This document shows positions 63,398-64,000 of a DNA stretch of 64,000 bases, piece after piece. The position numbers and the translations under genes were made by a program. Origin of the DNA: Octopus vulgaris (taxonomy: Eukaryota); the NCBI GenBank assembly GCA_951406725.2, contig OX597822.1, forward strand, positions 92,752,001-92,816,000, read 5' to 3'. The notes under the pieces were generated by a model. It was given only the letters and a program-made list of their open reading frames with translations, did not search any database and was not told the origin of the DNA. Numbering within the stretch: position 1 is the stretch's first letter; the number at the start of each line of letters is the position of its first letter.

Positions 63398-64000
63398 ATT
63401 GTTGGTATTTTGTTGTTAATTTTGAATGTTTCAATTGTATTTCTTCGTTGTGTGTGACTTGTGAAAGGGAAAAGTAAAAATAATTTTAAAATATTAAAAA
63501 AAAAAGATATTTTGTGAATATTACAGCTTAAAGAGTGTAAAGAAAAGATATTTTTAAAGATGAGTGATAGGGGATGATTTAGGGGGTGTGGAGGAGGAGG
63601 AGGTGGTAGTCTGGTAAACAGGACAGTAAGTCAATTGTCATGACTTCTTCCCCCACCCCAGTATGTGTGTGTGTGTGTACACACATTGAAAACAAAACAA
63701 AAATATAGCAAATTCTGATAAAAAAAAATAAAAAAAACCAAAGTCATTTTGAGGGAACTGTGTAAAGAAAAATGCTCCCCCCCTCCAAGAACCCCCCCCC
63801 ACCCACCGAAAACAATCAAAATACAATTACAAAATAAAGATCTATGGAACTGCTTTAAGCTTGAGGCATGCCACTGGTTTGCATGGCTTCAACTGTTTTT
63901 ACTGATAGGAAATTGTGTTTGTCAAGAATCGACTTGTCTCAACTTGAACCCACACTAGGCTTGTTATAGTGTGTGTGTGTGTGTGTTTTGGCTGCCTGCC

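Overview
AT-rich, microsatellite-dense animal genomic DNA. The repeat landscape looks like an octopus/cephalopod genome (inference from the SINE families; not verifiable here). The window lies inside one large + strand gene. Six phase-compatible coding exons (2862-3035, 6514-6852, 10216-11392, 12171-15013, 19136-19333, 28986-31478; 2408 codons when spliced) and a probable 60-nt exon at 403-462 encode a giant coiled-coil protein. Its N-terminal part resembles AKAP9/pericentrin as I recall those sequences. No start codon, PACT domain or clear further exon is visible, so 31.5-64 kb appears to be one long intron. The introns hold several tRNA-derived and RTE-tailed SINE families, a decayed RTE LINE with a PHD finger inside its RT, a Penelope-like GIY-YIG remnant, TTAA MITEs, hAT-like MITEs, Helitron ends and a Mutator-like foldback with 220-bp TIRs and a 9-bp TSD. 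The best candidate for an undescribed system is a tRNA-headed (Pol III) SINE carrying a Penelope-type minimal hammerhead ribozyme motif (two copies), alongside other hammerhead-shaped modules and a Penelope remnant. Also notable are several long fold-backs that could be ADAR substrates and a cryptic ~38-bp motif-plus-variable-spacer array. Nearly all short ORFs in the supplied track are microsatellite or SINE noise. Repeat boundaries are approximate unless TIRs or TSDs are given.
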